Notes: a model not told the origin generated them from the letters alone. Shown: positions 1 through 9,544, counted from the first letter of the stretch. The stretch is DNA of 64,000 nt from an uncultured Candidatus Saccharibacteria bacterium (GCA_964507665.1 CAZDPT010000001.1:33912-97911), one strand, 5' to 3'. Translations and numbers: made by a program.

Positions 1-127
1 TTTTTGCTAATTCTGTTATACTAATCTTATTTTCGGACTCAAAGGGCTGGGCAACTAAACTAAAAACGCCTCCGATTATGAGAAAAATCAGGATTATGAA
101 AATAAAGTTTTTAATTAATTTATTCAT
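1..127 (-). CDS. N-terminal fragment of a membrane protein running off the window edge (FtsH-like N-terminus is only a guess)
   Basis: Reverse complement of 1..127 reads MNKLIKNFIFIILIFLIIGGVFSLVAQPFESENKISITELAK with no stop before the window edge. One hydrophobic TM segment follows a short basic N-terminus. Confidence 0.35.
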   Translation of the reverse strand, partial: MNKLIKNFIFIILIFLIIGGVFSLVAQPFESENKISITELAK

Positions 128-235
128 TCTTTCTTAAAACTAATATTAGACGATTATTTTTATCCTCTATGCCTTATACAATAGCAGAAAAATTCTCAGA
201 AATCAACTCTAAATTATAATTAAATTAAAAAGAAA

Positions 236-263
236 AGTCCCCCGCGGGATAGCGCAAGGGACT
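236..263 (-). terminator. intrinsic terminator of the GC-island ORF (hairpin AGTCCC...GGGACT followed by a T-tract on the minus strand)
   Basis: Plus-strand agtccc(236-241) and gggact(258-263) are complementary with a GC-rich interior. The A-run at 227-235 becomes a U-tract 3' of the hairpin on the minus-strand transcript, immediately downstream of the ORF stop at 297. Confidence 0.55.
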
Positions 264-296
264 CGGGATAGACAGGGATTATAGGTTTGTAAGAGG

Positions 297-926
297 TTAG
301 TTGGCGTTCACGACGTTCTCCAGGAAGCTGATAGCTTTCTGGAACGTCCTAAGAATTTTATACGTGCGGTTGCCCTCGACTTTCTCCCAGAAGGCTTTCT
401 TTCTCTGGGCAGCCTTCTGTTTGAGGTCGCTTAGGTAGATGCTCTTCTTTTCGCAGGCAAACTCCAATTCGGCCCAGGCGACGTTAAAGGCCACTTGGTC
501 CAAGATTCGGTATCCCTCCCACACCCGGGGATACATAGCTTTGCACCTTCGCAGAGTTTCCTCGGGTATGGAACTTGCTGCGGTCCTTCGGGCCCACTCC
601 GTCAAGGAATTGGTACCCTCGATCTCCTCGATTTCCTCAAGAGAACCGGAGATGAGAAGTTGTTCTATCTCCTTTCTCTGGTCCTCAAAAGAGCTGTAGC
701 AGGCCCCACAGACGATGTCCTGTATTTTCTGCTTCTCCTCCCCGCAGACCGGACAGGACCGGATTAGCTTTTCGGCCTCGTCCAGGACCGGGTTGAGCTC
801 TTTCTCAACCCATGCGCGAAGATCTTCGCGGCTGGCGCCGTAGCCCAGATTCTGGGGAACCTGGGGGTCTTCCTGTCCGTTTATTTCTTTCACGTAAGGG
901 CTTTGCTGATGGGTGTTGGTACCCAT
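297..926 (-). CDS. hypothetical protein with CxxC-x13-CxxC zinc-ribbon, encoded in a ~55% GC island (foreign composition)
   Basis: 630-nt ORF from the track. GC content and codon usage differ strongly from the rest of the window. Preceded by caaGGAGGaagaatcaaATG (perfect SD) and a consensus promoter. No family recognised. Confidence 0.55.
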   Translation of the reverse strand: MGTNTHQQSPYVKEINGQEDPQVPQNLGYGASREDLRAWVEKELNPVLDEAEKLIRSCPVCGEEKQKIQDIVCGACYSSFEDQRKEIEQLLISGSLEEIEEIEGTNSLTEWARRTAASSIPEETLRRCKAMYPRVWEGYRILDQVAFNVAWAELEFACEKKSIYLSDLKQKAAQRKKAFWEKVEGNRTYKILRTFQKAISFLENVVNAN

Positions 927-1014
927 TTGATTCTTCCTCCTTGAGGTTGGATTGCGTCGAAACTACGCTACTGCAGGTCTATCCCTATCCCTGTCTATAT
1001 TAAGTACTGTCCCT

Positions 1015-1059
1015 ATTATAACGCAAAGTAAAAAACTTGTCAAGGGATGATGACAAGTT
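1015..1059 (-). promoter_or_regulatory. consensus sigma70-like promoter (TTGACA-17nt-TATAAT on minus strand) with the -35 embedded in a palindrome AACTTGTCA-N8-TGACAAGTT (operator-like)
   Basis: Plus-strand attata at 1015-1020 and tgtcaa at 1038-1043, spaced 17 nt. Perfect 9-bp inverted arms at 1034-1042 and 1051-1059. Oriented to drive the 297..926 ORF. Confidence 0.55.
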
Positions 1060-1096
1060 TGGTAAGATTCTATTTATTAAAGAAATGAAAGTAAGA

Positions 1097-2182
1097 TTAT
1101 TCTTCTTTTAATTTTAGGGTTACTCTGTACTCTTTGGGCTCGATTGAGAGAATTTCAAATTTGTATTCTTTCCCTATTTTTAGTTTTTCTTTCATCTTTT
1201 TTTCTGTTCCCAGTTCAGAAATATGGCAGAGCCCTTGAATTTTTGGGGTAATTTGAACAAAAGCCCCAAAAGGATTGAATTTAGTAACTTCTCCTTTAAT
1301 AATATCTCCTTTTTTGTGTTCTTTTTTAAATTCTTTCCAGGGATCTTCTTTTAATCTTTTGAGGGAGAGGAAAACTTGATTATTCTCATCAATTTTAATT
1401 ATCTTAACTTTAATTTTGTCCCCGACTTCAACAACGTCAGATGGATCTTCAATAAGTCGCCAAGCTAACTCTGAAATGTGACAGAGTCCCTCAATTTTAG
1501 GAGTTTTTTTCTTAGTTTTTTTCTGATTGACTGGAAATTTTATAAATGCTCCAAAATCTGCAATTCCGCTTATTTCTCCAGTGACTATGTCTCCTTCTTT
1601 GTATTCTTTTAAAGTCTCTTTTATTTTTTCTTTCTCTTTTGCTTTCTCAGATAGAATTAATTTATTCTCTTTGGGATTAAGATCCAGAATTTTAACTTCT
1701 AAGGTTTCTCCAATGAAGTTCTGCAGTTTTTGTAAGATTTTTTCTCTGTTCCCTTTTTTTACTCTTGGGTAATGCTCGGGAGATAATTGAGACACAGGCA
1801 GAAAAGCTTTTATTCCTTTTACTTTAGCTAAGAGACCTCCTTTATTAGCTCCTAGAATTTCCACTTTTATAATTTCTGCTTTTTCTTTCTTTTCTTTCAG
1901 TTTTTTCCAGGCTATTTCTCTTCTAGCTTTTATTAGAGAAAGTTCCCGGTAACCTTCTTCATTTTCTAAAGCAGTTAGTTTAGCTGAGACTTTATCTCCT
2001 GTCTCAAGATTCTTAAGATAATCTTTTGCGTTTTGGTATTCTCTACCGTAAATTATTCCTGTTCCATAGACTCCCAAATCCACAAAGACAGAGGATTTTC
2101 CCCAGGCAACAATCTCTCCTTTTACAATTGATCCTACTGTTGGAGGCCCTATTAAATTTTTGGTCTTTTTCATATTCTGCAT
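1097..2182 (-). CDS. S1 RNA-binding domain protein with four S1 repeats (30S ribosomal protein S1-like)
   Basis: 361 aa with repeated S1-domain signatures (GDKVSAKL..., two GLCHISEL repeats). Typical reduced S1 architecture. Confidence 0.7.
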   Translation of the reverse strand: MQNMKKTKNLIGPPTVGSIVKGEIVAWGKSSVFVDLGVYGTGIIYGREYQNAKDYLKNLETGDKVSAKLTALENEEGYRELSLIKARREIAWKKLKEKKEKAEIIKVEILGANKGGLLAKVKGIKAFLPVSQLSPEHYPRVKKGNREKILQKLQNFIGETLEVKILDLNPKENKLILSEKAKEKEKIKETLKEYKEGDIVTGEISGIADFGAFIKFPVNQKKTKKKTPKIEGLCHISELAWRLIEDPSDVVEVGDKIKVKIIKIDENNQVFLSLKRLKEDPWKEFKKEHKKGDIIKGEVTKFNPFGAFVQITPKIQGLCHISELGTEKKMKEKLKIGKEYKFEILSIEPKEYRVTLKLKEE

Positions 2183-2352
2183 ATAATAATAGATATTATT
2201 ATACCTTCTTCTTTTTTTTAAATCAAGTCCCTTTTTGCTTAAATCAAATACAGAGAAAAGTTAATTGAATCAGAAGATATAAGGTAAATTTAAGTTGAAT
2301 TTTTAGAGAATTTTTGCTAAAATTACTAAATGAATAAAAACTGAGTCAAATT

Positions 2353-3003
2353 ATGAAAATTACATGGGCAGGTCAATCCTGCTTTAAAATTGTTATTTCC
2401 AAAGGAAGGAAGAAAGTTAAGATAGCAATAGATCCTTTTACTAAAAAGATAGGCCTTTCTCCTCCTTCTTTTTCTGCTGATATTTTACTTATAACTCATG
2501 ATCATAATGATCATAATAATATCAAAACTATAAAAGGCAACCCCTTTTTAATTGAAGGCCCGGGTGAATACGAGATTCAAAAGATATTCATAAAAGGAAT
2601 TTCTTCTTTTCATGACAAAGTGGAGGGCAAAAAGAAAGGTAAGAACACAATATATACTTTAAGGGATGGAGGAATGAAGGTCTGTCATCTCGGTGATTTG
2701 GGGCAGAAACAATTGACAGATTCCCAAATTGAAAAAATAGGAGGAGTAGATATTTTAATGGTTCCAGTGGGTGGAAATTATACTATTTCAGCTAAAGAGG
2801 CCCAAGGTATTATTTCTCAAATTGAACCCAAAATAGTAATTCCTATGCATTATGAGATTCCGAAACTTAAACCAAAACTGGACAGTTTAAAAAAGTTTTT
2901 GAAAGCAATGGGTCAAAACTCAGTCAAGAAAAAGTCTCATTTTTCAATAAAAGAAAAAAACCTACCCACAGAGAAAATGGAAATAATAGCTCTCCGACCT
3001 TAA
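2353..3003 (+). CDS. MBL-fold metal-dependent hydrolase
   Basis: HDHNDH (HxHxDH) metal-binding motif near the N-terminus, 216 aa, later conserved His/Asp. Confidence 0.65.
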   Translation: MKITWAGQSCFKIVISKGRKKVKIAIDPFTKKIGLSPPSFSADILLITHDHNDHNNIKTIKGNPFLIEGPGEYEIQKIFIKGISSFHDKVEGKKKGKNTIYTLRDGGMKVCHLGDLGQKQLTDSQIEKIGGVDILMVPVGGNYTISAKEAQGIISQIEPKIVIPMHYEIPKLKPKLDSLKKFLKAMGQNSVKKKSHFSIKEKNLPTEKMEIIALRP

Positions 3004-3461
3004 TGGACCCAAAAAACAACATCAAATCTTCTCCTGAAGAAAATAATCTTCGAAATAGAATTAAAGATATTTTAGAAAGAACTCAAGGTCTTCCCCAGAA
3101 AACAAAAAAAGTTATTTTAGTTTTGATAGTTTTGATAGTAGGTCTAATCCTCGGTTTTATCTGGCTTCAGCAAACAAAAAAAAGACTAGCAGATTTTAAA
3201 AAAGAAGGCTTGATGGGAGAATATAATATCTCTTCTCTTAAAGAAGAAATAGAAGGGGAATTACAAGGAGCATTTTCATCAGAAATAGGAGTTAATACAG
3301 AAAGACTTAAGAGATTAAAGAAATTGATGGAGGAGAATCCAGAGCAAGCAAAAAAACTATTAGAAGAGATCAAACAGAACCCAGAAAAAGCAGAACAATT
3401 AATATCGGAATTTGAGAAAAAGAATAATTCTTCTGTCCCAGAAGAAAAATTAGAAGAATAA
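3003..3461 (+). CDS. hypothetical single-pass membrane protein with charged coiled-coil tail
   Basis: Start overlaps the upstream stop (taATGg). One TM (VILVLIVLIVGLILGFIWL) then a K/E-rich region. No family recognised. Confidence 0.45.
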   Translation: MDPKNNIKSSPEENNLRNRIKDILERTQGLPQKTKKVILVLIVLIVGLILGFIWLQQTKKRLADFKKEGLMGEYNISSLKEEIEGELQGAFSSEIGVNTERLKRLKKLMEENPEQAKKLLEEIKQNPEKAEQLISEFEKKNNSSVPEEKLEE

Positions 3462-3470
3462 TTATATATT

Positions 3471-6400
3471 ATGGCAAAATCTTCAAAAACTAAAACAAAA
3501 GAAATAGGTGAAGTAAAAGAGAGAAAAATAACAGAAGAGATGAAAGAGAGTTATATTGACTATGCTATGTCAGTTATTATTTCCAGAGCCTTGCCTGATG
3601 TCAGAGATGGTTTGAAGCCAGTTCACCGCAGAATTCTATATGCAATGTATGAGGATAGACTACTTCATAATGCCAGTTTCAGAAAATCAGCTACTGTAGT
3701 GGGGGCTTGCCTGAGTCGATATCATCCTCATGGAGATGTAGCTGTTTATAATTCTTTAGCAAGAATGACCCAAGATTTTTCTCTAAGATATCCGTTGACT
3801 TCCGGACAGGGAAATTGGGGTTCAATTGATGACCCTTCAGAATTTGCTGCAATGAGATATTGTATTACTGGTGATTCAATGATTGTTACCGACAGATGCT
3901 TAGAAAAAGTTGGGGAAGTTTCGGATAAAGAAGATATCTCTTTAAAGGTTTTATCTATGGGGAAAAAGGTGAATCAGGCATCAAAATGGTTTGATTCTGG
4001 AATTCACCCTGTTTTACAAATTAAAACTCATCGTGGTTATTCTTTGAGGGGGACATTTAATCATCCAATATTAACTTTGGTTCAGAACCAGGAGACAGGT
4101 AAACCAAACTTTAAATGGAAACTATTGGAAAACATTGAGAAAGGTGATTTTGCTGTTATTGATAGAAGTGACACTTTCTGGCCAGAAAAAGAACCTAGTT
4201 TAAAAAAATATTTTCCTGAAAGAGAAAGAAAAGACCGTGCTTTTGTTTATAACTTACCTTCTAAAATGAACCAGGACTTAGCTTTCTTAATGGGGGCTAT
4301 AACGGCTGAGGGCTATATTTCTATAGGAAAGAAGAGCGGAGCTCATAAGATAGGTTTTTGTAACACCGACAAGGAATTTCTTGATGGGTTTAGAAAAAGA
4401 TTTAAGAATCTATTTCCAAATTGTAAGATTTATGAACAAAAAAGAGACTCCTTAAGTTATGGTAAGAAAGAATTTGTCTCCTTTGAAATATGTTCTAAAT
4501 ATCTTGTTGAATTTTTGAAAAATTTAGGCCTTCAAGAAGTTCTTTCTGATAAAAAAAGAGTCCCTGAAATAATATTTCATTCTAGTAAGAAATCTGTAGC
4601 AGAGTTTCTAAAAGGATATTTTGAGGGGGACGGGGGGGTTTATCAAAACGTTGATTCTGGCTGGATAGAAGCCTCCTCTGCTAGTGGAGATTTATTTGAA
4701 GAGATACAAAATATTTTATTAAGGTTTGGTATAGTTTGTTCGGTGGTATATAACCAAAAAAGGAAAGAGTTTAAATTACTTATTAGAGGTTATAATAATC
4801 TGGGCCAGTTTAGAGAAAAGATTAATTTTCTTTCAAAAAGGAACAAAAATAAACTTAAAAAGTTTTCTCGCATTTATTCGGGAACCGCAATATCCAAAAC
4901 AGATTATATTCCCTTTCTTTCCCGGTATATAAGAAAAAAATATAAAAAGAAGGAAATAAATCCCGAGGATAAAAAATATCTTCGAACTCACAACCTTGAC
5001 AGATATTCCAAATTAAAGAAATATTTTCCTTATTTAAAAAAGATACTAGATAAGTCCGATATTGAACTTATTGAGAACTTTCTCGAAAATCATTATCTGT
5101 TTGATTCTATTGTCTCTATTAAGAAGAAATCAAAAGAGAGAGTGTATTCTTTAAGGATAGATAGTTCTTGCCATTCTTTTGTTTCTAACGGTTTTATTAG
5201 CCATAATACTGAAACAAAACTTTCAAAAATTGGAGAAGAAATGTTAAGAGACATTAAAAAAGACACAGTTGATTTTGAAGACAATTACGATGGGACCAGA
5301 CAAGAGCCAGTTGTTTTACCTTCTCCTGTCCCTCAACTTTTATTAAATGGAGCTTTGGGTATTGCAGTTGGTATGGCCACAAAGATTCCTCCTCATAATC
5401 TTTCTGAGGTTTGTGATGCTTGTTGTTTTCTTATTGAAAATCCAGAAGCTGAAACCTCTGATTTGTTTAAATTTATTAAAGGACCTGATTTTCCAACCGG
5501 TGGTATGATTTTTGATAAAAAGGAGATTATTTCTGCTTATTCTCAAGGCAAAGGTAAGATTGTGATGAGAGCCAAAACTAACATAGAAAAAAAGAAAGGG
5601 GGGGGAGCTAAAATTATAATTACAGAAATTCCCTATCAAGTTCAAAAAACCAGTTTAATTTCTAAGATGGCTAAGTTAGTTTCTGATAAGAAGATTAAAG
5701 GGATAAAAGATATTAAAGATTTATCAGATAGAGAAGGCATGAGAATTGAAGTAACAGCAAAAAAAGGTTCAAATCCTCGCAGAATTCTGAACAGACTCTA
5801 TAAATTTACCAATCTTCAGAAGAATTTCTATTTGAATATGTTAGCTATCGTTGATGGAATTCAGCCCAAAATTCTTTCTTTGACTGATGTTCTTTCTTAT
5901 TTCATTGCTCACAGAAAAGAGGTTGTGAAAAGAAGGACTAAATTTGAATTAGAGAAAGCAAAAGACAGAGCTCATATTCTTGAAGGGTTGAGTGTAGCTT
6001 TGAAAAATATTGATGATGTTATAGCAACAATTAAGAAATCAGCTAACCGTGATAAAGCTAAGAAAAACTTGAAGAAAAAGTTTGAATTAAGTAACAAGCA
6101 AGCAGAAGCAATATTACAGATGCGTCTTCAAGCCTTAGCTAAACTTGAAAGAGAAAAGATAGAAAAAGAATTCAAGGAATTAAAAAAGAAAATTAAGAAA
6201 TTAAAGGCAATTTTGAAAAGCAAAAAGAAGATTAAAGAAATTGTTAAAAAAGAATTAAAAGAAGTAAAAGAAAAATATGGGGATAAAAGAAAAACTAAAG
6301 TCAAAAAAGGTAAAATCAAAAGGATAAAAGAAGCAGATCTAGTTCCTTTACGGGAAACAATTATTACCCTGACAAAAGGAGGGTATGTTAAAAGAATTAA

Positions 6401-7319
6401 ACCAGGCACTTATAAGATTCAGAGAAGAGGCGGTAAAGGAATTATTGGTATGAAAACAAGGAAAAAGGATATTGTTGAACATTTTGTTTCTGCGTCAACA
6501 CATGATAAACTTCTCTTTTTTACAGACTCTGGAAAGGTTTTTCAAACTAAAGTTTACGAAATTCCAAAGGCAAAAAGAGTGGCCCGAGGTAGAGGCTTAG
6601 TTAACTTTTTAGATCTCTCCACAGAAGAGAATGTTTTATCTTTAATTCCCTTAAAGAAACAAGAAGAGAAGGGGATTAAGTATTTGGTTATGGTTACAAA
6701 AAATGGTAAAATAAAGAAAACAAGTTTAGATAAGTTCCAAAACGTAAGAAGAACTGGAATTCGAGCTATAAAGTTGAGAAAGGGAGATTTAGTAAGAGGT
6801 GTTATAAAAACTACTGGAAAAGACCAAATAATCCTGATTACCAAGAAAGGGAAATCAATAAGATTTAAAGAACAACAAGTAAGATCTATGGGTAGAGCAA
6901 CTTATGGAGTAAAAGGTATTAAACTTAAGAAAGGAGATGAGATAATTGGAATAGATGTTATCCATTCAGCAGACAAGAAGAAATCCAAGAAAAAAGAAAA
7001 GAAAAGCAAAAAAGGAAAGAAAACAGTATTGGTGGTTACAGAATCAGGTTATGGTAAAAGAACTCCTCTCTCGAAGTATAGAACTCAGAAGAGGGGAGGA
7101 GTAGGAATAAAGACAGCTAATATAAATAAGAAAACGGGCCAGATTGTAATTGGAAAAGTTCTAAGTTCTGAAGAAAAGGATCTAATTGTAATTTCAAGAA
7201 AAGGACAAGTGATAAGAGTTAAGATTGATTCTATTTCTATCCACAACAGAGCAACTCAGGGAGTTAGAATTATGAGGCTGAAAGAAGGAGATAAAGTAGC
7301 TTCTGGTACCTGTATTTAA
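3471..7319 (+). CDS. gyrA: DNA gyrase subunit A, interrupted in-frame by a 449-aa intein (precursor 1282 aa, mature about 833 aa)
   Basis: N-terminal GyrA signatures ([32 protein letters not shown], catalytic AAMRY). After the intein the GyrA sequence resumes (TETKL..., [23 protein letters not shown]). C-terminal beta-pinwheel repeats carry a K-rich insertion. Confidence 0.92.
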   Translation: MAKSSKTKTKEIGEVKERKITEEMKESYIDYAMSVIISRALPDVRDGLKPVHRRILYAMYEDRLLHNASFRKSATVVGACLSRYHPHGDVAVYNSLARMTQDFSLRYPLTSGQGNWGSIDDPSEFAAMRYCITGDSMIVTDRCLEKVGEVSDKEDISLKVLSMGKKVNQASKWFDSGIHPVLQIKTHRGYSLRGTFNHPILTLVQNQETGKPNFKWKLLENIEKGDFAVIDRSDTFWPEKEPSLKKYFPERERKDRAFVYNLPSKMNQDLAFLMGAITAEGYISIGKKSGAHKIGFCNTDKEFLDGFRKRFKNLFPNCKIYEQKRDSLSYGKKEFVSFEICSKYLVEFLKNLGLQEVLSDKKRVPEIIFHSSKKSVAEFLKGYFEGDGGVYQNVDSGWIEASSASGDLFEEIQNILLRFGIVCSVVYNQKRKEFKLLIRGYNNLGQFREKINFLSKRNKNKLKKFSRIYSGTAISKTDYIPFLSRYIRKKYKKKEINPEDKKYLRTHNLDRYSKLKKYFPYLKKILDKSDIELIENFLENHYLFDSIVSIKKKSKERVYSLRIDSSCHSFVSNGFISHNTETKLSKIGEEMLRDIKKDTVDFEDNYDGTRQEPVVLPSPVPQLLLNGALGIAVGMATKIPPHNLSEVCDACCFLIENPEAETSDLFKFIKGPDFPTGGMIFDKKEIISAYSQGKGKIVMRAKTNIEKKKGGGAKIIITEIPYQVQKTSLISKMAKLVSDKKIKGIKDIKDLSDREGMRIEVTAKKGSNPRRILNRLYKFTNLQKNFYLNMLAIVDGIQPKILSLTDVLSYFIAHRKEVVKRRTKFELEKAKDRAHILEGLSVALKNIDDVIATIKKSANRDKAKKNLKKKFELSNKQAEAILQMRLQALAKLEREKIEKEFKELKKKIKKLKAILKSKKKIKEIVKKELKEVKEKYGDKRKTKVKKGKIKRIKEADLVPLRETIITLTKGGYVKRIKPGTYKIQRRGGKGIIGMKTRKKDIVEHFVSASTHDKLLFFTDSGKVFQTKVYEIPKAKRVARGRGLVNFLDLSTEENVLSLIPLKKQEEKGIKYLVMVTKNGKIKKTSLDKFQNVRRTGIRAIKLRKGDLVRGVIKTTGKDQIILITKKGKSIRFKEQQVRSMGRATYGVKGIKLKKGDEIIGIDVIHSADKKKSKKKEKKSKKGKKTVLVVTESGYGKRTPLSKYRTQKRGGVGIKTANINKKTGQIVIGKVLSSEEKDLIVISRKGQVIRVKIDSISIHNRATQGVRIMRLKEGDKVASGTCI
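3861..5207 (+). mobile_element. intein with LAGLIDADG homing-endonuclease domain at the gyrA-a site (immediately after the active-site Tyr)
   Basis: Starts with Cys ([11 protein letters not shown], block A) right after AAMRY. Block B is TFNHPILT. Two LAGLIDADG motifs ([15 protein letters not shown] and [14 protein letters not shown]). Ends ...SNGFISHN, with Thr as the first C-extein residue. 1347 nt, in frame. Confidence 0.88.
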
Positions 7320-7342
7320 AAAAACATTATATTTAACAATTT

Positions 7343-7855
7343 ATGTTCGATCCAGAAGAAGTTTTAAACAATTTGGATTTGAGAAGCAATATGACAGCTG
7401 CTGAATTTGGATGTGGCGGGGGAGGTTTCGCTATCCCCCTGGCTAAAAGACTAAAACAAGGAAAAGTTTATGGTTTGGATATTCAAGAAGAAAAGTTATC
7501 TGCCTTAAAGAATAAAGCAACTTTGGAGAATATTTCTAATATACAGACTATTGTTTGTGATTTAGAAAAAGAAAAAGGTTCCACCTTAAAGGGTGGATCT
7601 TTAGATTTAGTTTTGATTCCAAATGTTTTATTTCAAGCAGAGGATAAAACTGCTATAATAAAGGAAGCTAAAAGAGTTTTAAAAGAAGCTGGGGAAATTC
7701 TTGTGGTGGATTGGAAAAAAGAATCCTCTTTGGGACCAAAACAGGGAAGGGTTTCAAAAGAGGAAGTTCAGAAAATTACAAAAGAAATAGGGCTTAAATT
7801 AAAAAAAGAGTTTTCTCCAGGTGACTATCATTATGGTTTGGTATTTAGAAAATAG
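7343..7855 (+). CDS. class I SAM-dependent methyltransferase
   Basis: Motif I AEFGCGGGGFAIPLA (GxGxG), acidic residue after beta-2 (YGLDIQ), 170 aa. Confidence 0.65.
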   Translation: MFDPEEVLNNLDLRSNMTAAEFGCGGGGFAIPLAKRLKQGKVYGLDIQEEKLSALKNKATLENISNIQTIVCDLEKEKGSTLKGGSLDLVLIPNVLFQAEDKTAIIKEAKRVLKEAGEILVVDWKKESSLGPKQGRVSKEEVQKITKEIGLKLKKEFSPGDYHYGLVFRK

Positions 7856-7866
7856 TTGATATAAAT

Positions 7867-8220
7867 ATGTTAATAAAAAAATCTTTTGTTCTCTTAATAT
7901 TGTTTTTGATCTTGCTGCTCTCTTCAAGCTTTGCGAAGGCAGTTATGATTGATAATCCTCTACAGGCTGAAAGTTTTTCAGATCTTATCAAGGCAATTGC
8001 GGAAATAATTTCAAGTATTGTTGGTGTTTTGGCTGTTTTAATGTTGATAATTGCGGGAATCTATTTTGTTACAGCAGCAGGTGATCCAAATCAAATCTCT
8101 AAAGCTAAAACCATGGTAAAATATGCTATAATAGGAGTTATTATCGCTACTTTAGCTGGGGCTATAGGGAGTGTAATTGAAGAAAAGTTATTAACAAAAG
8201 GCTTGTTGATAATTTTTTAA
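7867..8220 (+). CDS. small secreted/bitopic protein, paralog 1 of 9 (VirB2/T4SS-pilin-like architecture)
   Basis: Signal peptide (..SSSFAKA), variable segment, TM1 ending AGIYFVTAAGDPNQISKAKT, TM2 glycine/alanine-rich. Most divergent member of the array. Confidence 0.55.
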   Translation: MLIKKSFVLLILFLILLLSSSFAKAVMIDNPLQAESFSDLIKAIAEIISSIVGVLAVLMLIIAGIYFVTAAGDPNQISKAKTMVKYAIIGVIIATLAGAIGSVIEEKLLTKGLLIIF

Positions 8221-8283
8221 GTATTTATTAAGATATTATAATATAATTCAAAGGTCGAAATTTAAGATTTAAAATATAAAAAC

Positions 8284-8600
8284 AAAAACATGAAAAGAGT
8301 ATTATCTGCTTTAATTCTCACAAGTCTCTTAGCTGTACCTCTTTTAGTGACAGCCCAAGGTGAACCAACACCTCCTGGAGATATTGAAGATATTCTTATT
8401 ACGATAAGAGGTATATTATGGGGTGCCTTCACTATCTTTGCTGTGATTATGTTTATTTATGCGGGTATCTTGTTTTTTACTGCCGGGGGTGATCCAGAAA
8501 AAGCAGCTAAAGCAAAAAGCGCTGTTATATTCGGAGTTGCTGGAATAGCAATTGCTATCTTAGGTTATGGAATTGTTGAGATTATGAGAGGAATTATGGG
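8284..8600 (+). repeat. tandem duplication unit, copy 1 (about 317 bp, near 100% identical to 8749..9065)
   Basis: Gene 8290..8607 and gene 8755..9072 are identical at nucleotide level from just upstream of the ATG through about codon 98. They differ only in the last about 7 codons and in the downstream spacers. Confidence 0.85.
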
Positions 8601-8607
8601 AGCCTGA
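8290..8607 (+). CDS. small secreted/bitopic protein, paralog 2 (T4SS-pilin-like)
   Basis: Signal peptide (LVTAQGE), core FIYAGILFFTAGGDPEKAAKAKSAVIFGVAGIAIAILGYGIVEIMRGIMGA. Near-identical to paralog 3. Confidence 0.6.
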   Translation: MKRVLSALILTSLLAVPLLVTAQGEPTPPGDIEDILITIRGILWGAFTIFAVIMFIYAGILFFTAGGDPEKAAKAKSAVIFGVAGIAIAILGYGIVEIMRGIMGA

Positions 8608-8748
8608 TAAATTGACTTTCGGAGATTGAATAGAATTATAGTGTTTTATTTTAAAATGGGTTCTAAGCCATAGGGTTTTGAAATGGCTTAGAACTCATTA
8701 TTTGGGTAAAAATAATTAAAAAAGGTTGAATTCTAAAATAAATTATAT

Positions 8749-9065
8749 AAAAACATGAAAAGAGTATTATCTGCTTTAATTCTCACAAGTCTCTTAGCTG
8801 TACCTCTTTTAGTGACAGCCCAAGGTGAACCAACACCTCCTGGAGATATTGAAGATATTCTTATTACGATAAGAGGTATATTATGGGGTGCCTTCACTAT
8901 CTTTGCTGTGATTATGTTTATTTATGCGGGTATCTTGTTTTTTACTGCCGGGGGTGATCCAGAAAAAGCAGCTAAAGCAAAAAGCGCTGTTATATTCGGA
9001 GTTGCTGGAATAGCAATTGCTATCTTAGGTTATGGAATTGTTGAGATTATTAAAGGAATTATGGG
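8749..9065 (+). repeat. tandem duplication unit, copy 2
   Basis: See copy 1. Offset of 465 bp. Confidence 0.85.
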
Positions 9066-9072
9066 GGCTTGA
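8755..9072 (+). CDS. small secreted/bitopic protein, paralog 3 (recent duplicate of paralog 2)
   Basis: Protein identical to paralog 2 except the C-terminal EIIKGIMGA versus EIMRGIMGA. Confidence 0.6.
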   Translation: MKRVLSALILTSLLAVPLLVTAQGEPTPPGDIEDILITIRGILWGAFTIFAVIMFIYAGILFFTAGGDPEKAAKAKSAVIFGVAGIAIAILGYGIVEIIKGIMGA

Positions 9073-9214
9073 GTTAATTTACTTTCTTCTTCCAAATAAG
9101 TTGACAATTCTTATCTCAAGAGTTATTTTAAAAGAAGAGTTTTTAAGCCTTTAAAAGGTCGTTCTAAATTCTATTTTCAAGTAAAATCTTGGATAAAAGA
9201 TAAGTTTAAAAAAC

Positions 9215-9544
9215 ATGAGAAAGATATTTGCAATTTTAGTTCTTAGTATTTTTTTGAGTTTGCCCTTTTTGGTATCTGGGGCTCTTCCTTCAGATCCTGG
9301 CTATAGCTGGTGGACAGATCTTGAAAGCGTACTAGAAGGTATATTAAGTAAATTTTGGACGATTTTTGTAGTTTTTTCTGTTATGGCCTTTATTTACGCT
9401 GGTTTCTTATTTTTAACCTCATCTGGAGATCCTGACAGAATAAAAAGAGCGAAGGGAGCTTTCATCTGGGGTGTGGTCGGTGTAGCTGCTGCTATTCTTG
9501 GTTATGCGATGATTAATATCATTAAGGGTATAGTTGGAGCTTGA
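9215..9544 (+). CDS. small secreted/bitopic protein, paralog 4 (T4SS-pilin-like)
   Basis: Signal peptide, core FIYAGFLFLTSSGDPDRIKRAKGAFIWGVVGVAAAILGYAMINIIKGIVGA. TTGACA-type promoter in the upstream spacer. Confidence 0.6.
   Translation: MRKIFAILVLSIFLSLPFLVSGALPSDPGYSWWTDLESVLEGILSKFWTIFVVFSVMAFIYAGFLFLTSSGDPDRIKRAKGAFIWGVVGVAAAILGYAMINIIKGIVGA

Noticed and set aside
439-1003. Plus-strand ORFs 439..699, 495..767 and 812..1003 inside the GC-rich island
   Set aside because: Antisense to the 297..926 ORF, which has the promoter, SD and terminator. High GC suppresses stop codons, so long antisense ORFs are expected by chance.
227-1060. Possibility that the GC-rich island is a structural RNA gene (RNase P RNA, tmRNA, group I/II intron) rather than protein-coding
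   Set aside because: I looked for RNase P P4 sequences (GAAAGUCCGG.. / ..ACAGAACCCGGCUUA), tmRNA tRNA-like ends (GGGG..., TTCGA.TCC...CCACCA) and a tag reading frame, and found none. The minus strand carries a consensus promoter, AGGAGG SD at ideal spacing and a terminator, favouring an mRNA. Not fully excluded without an Rfam scan.
7343-7855. SAM-methyltransferase as a dedicated modifier of the pilin-like family (immediately upstream of the array)
   Set aside because: Only positional evidence; generic class I fold with no specificity determinants recognisable. Kept as an ordinary CDS rather than a finding.
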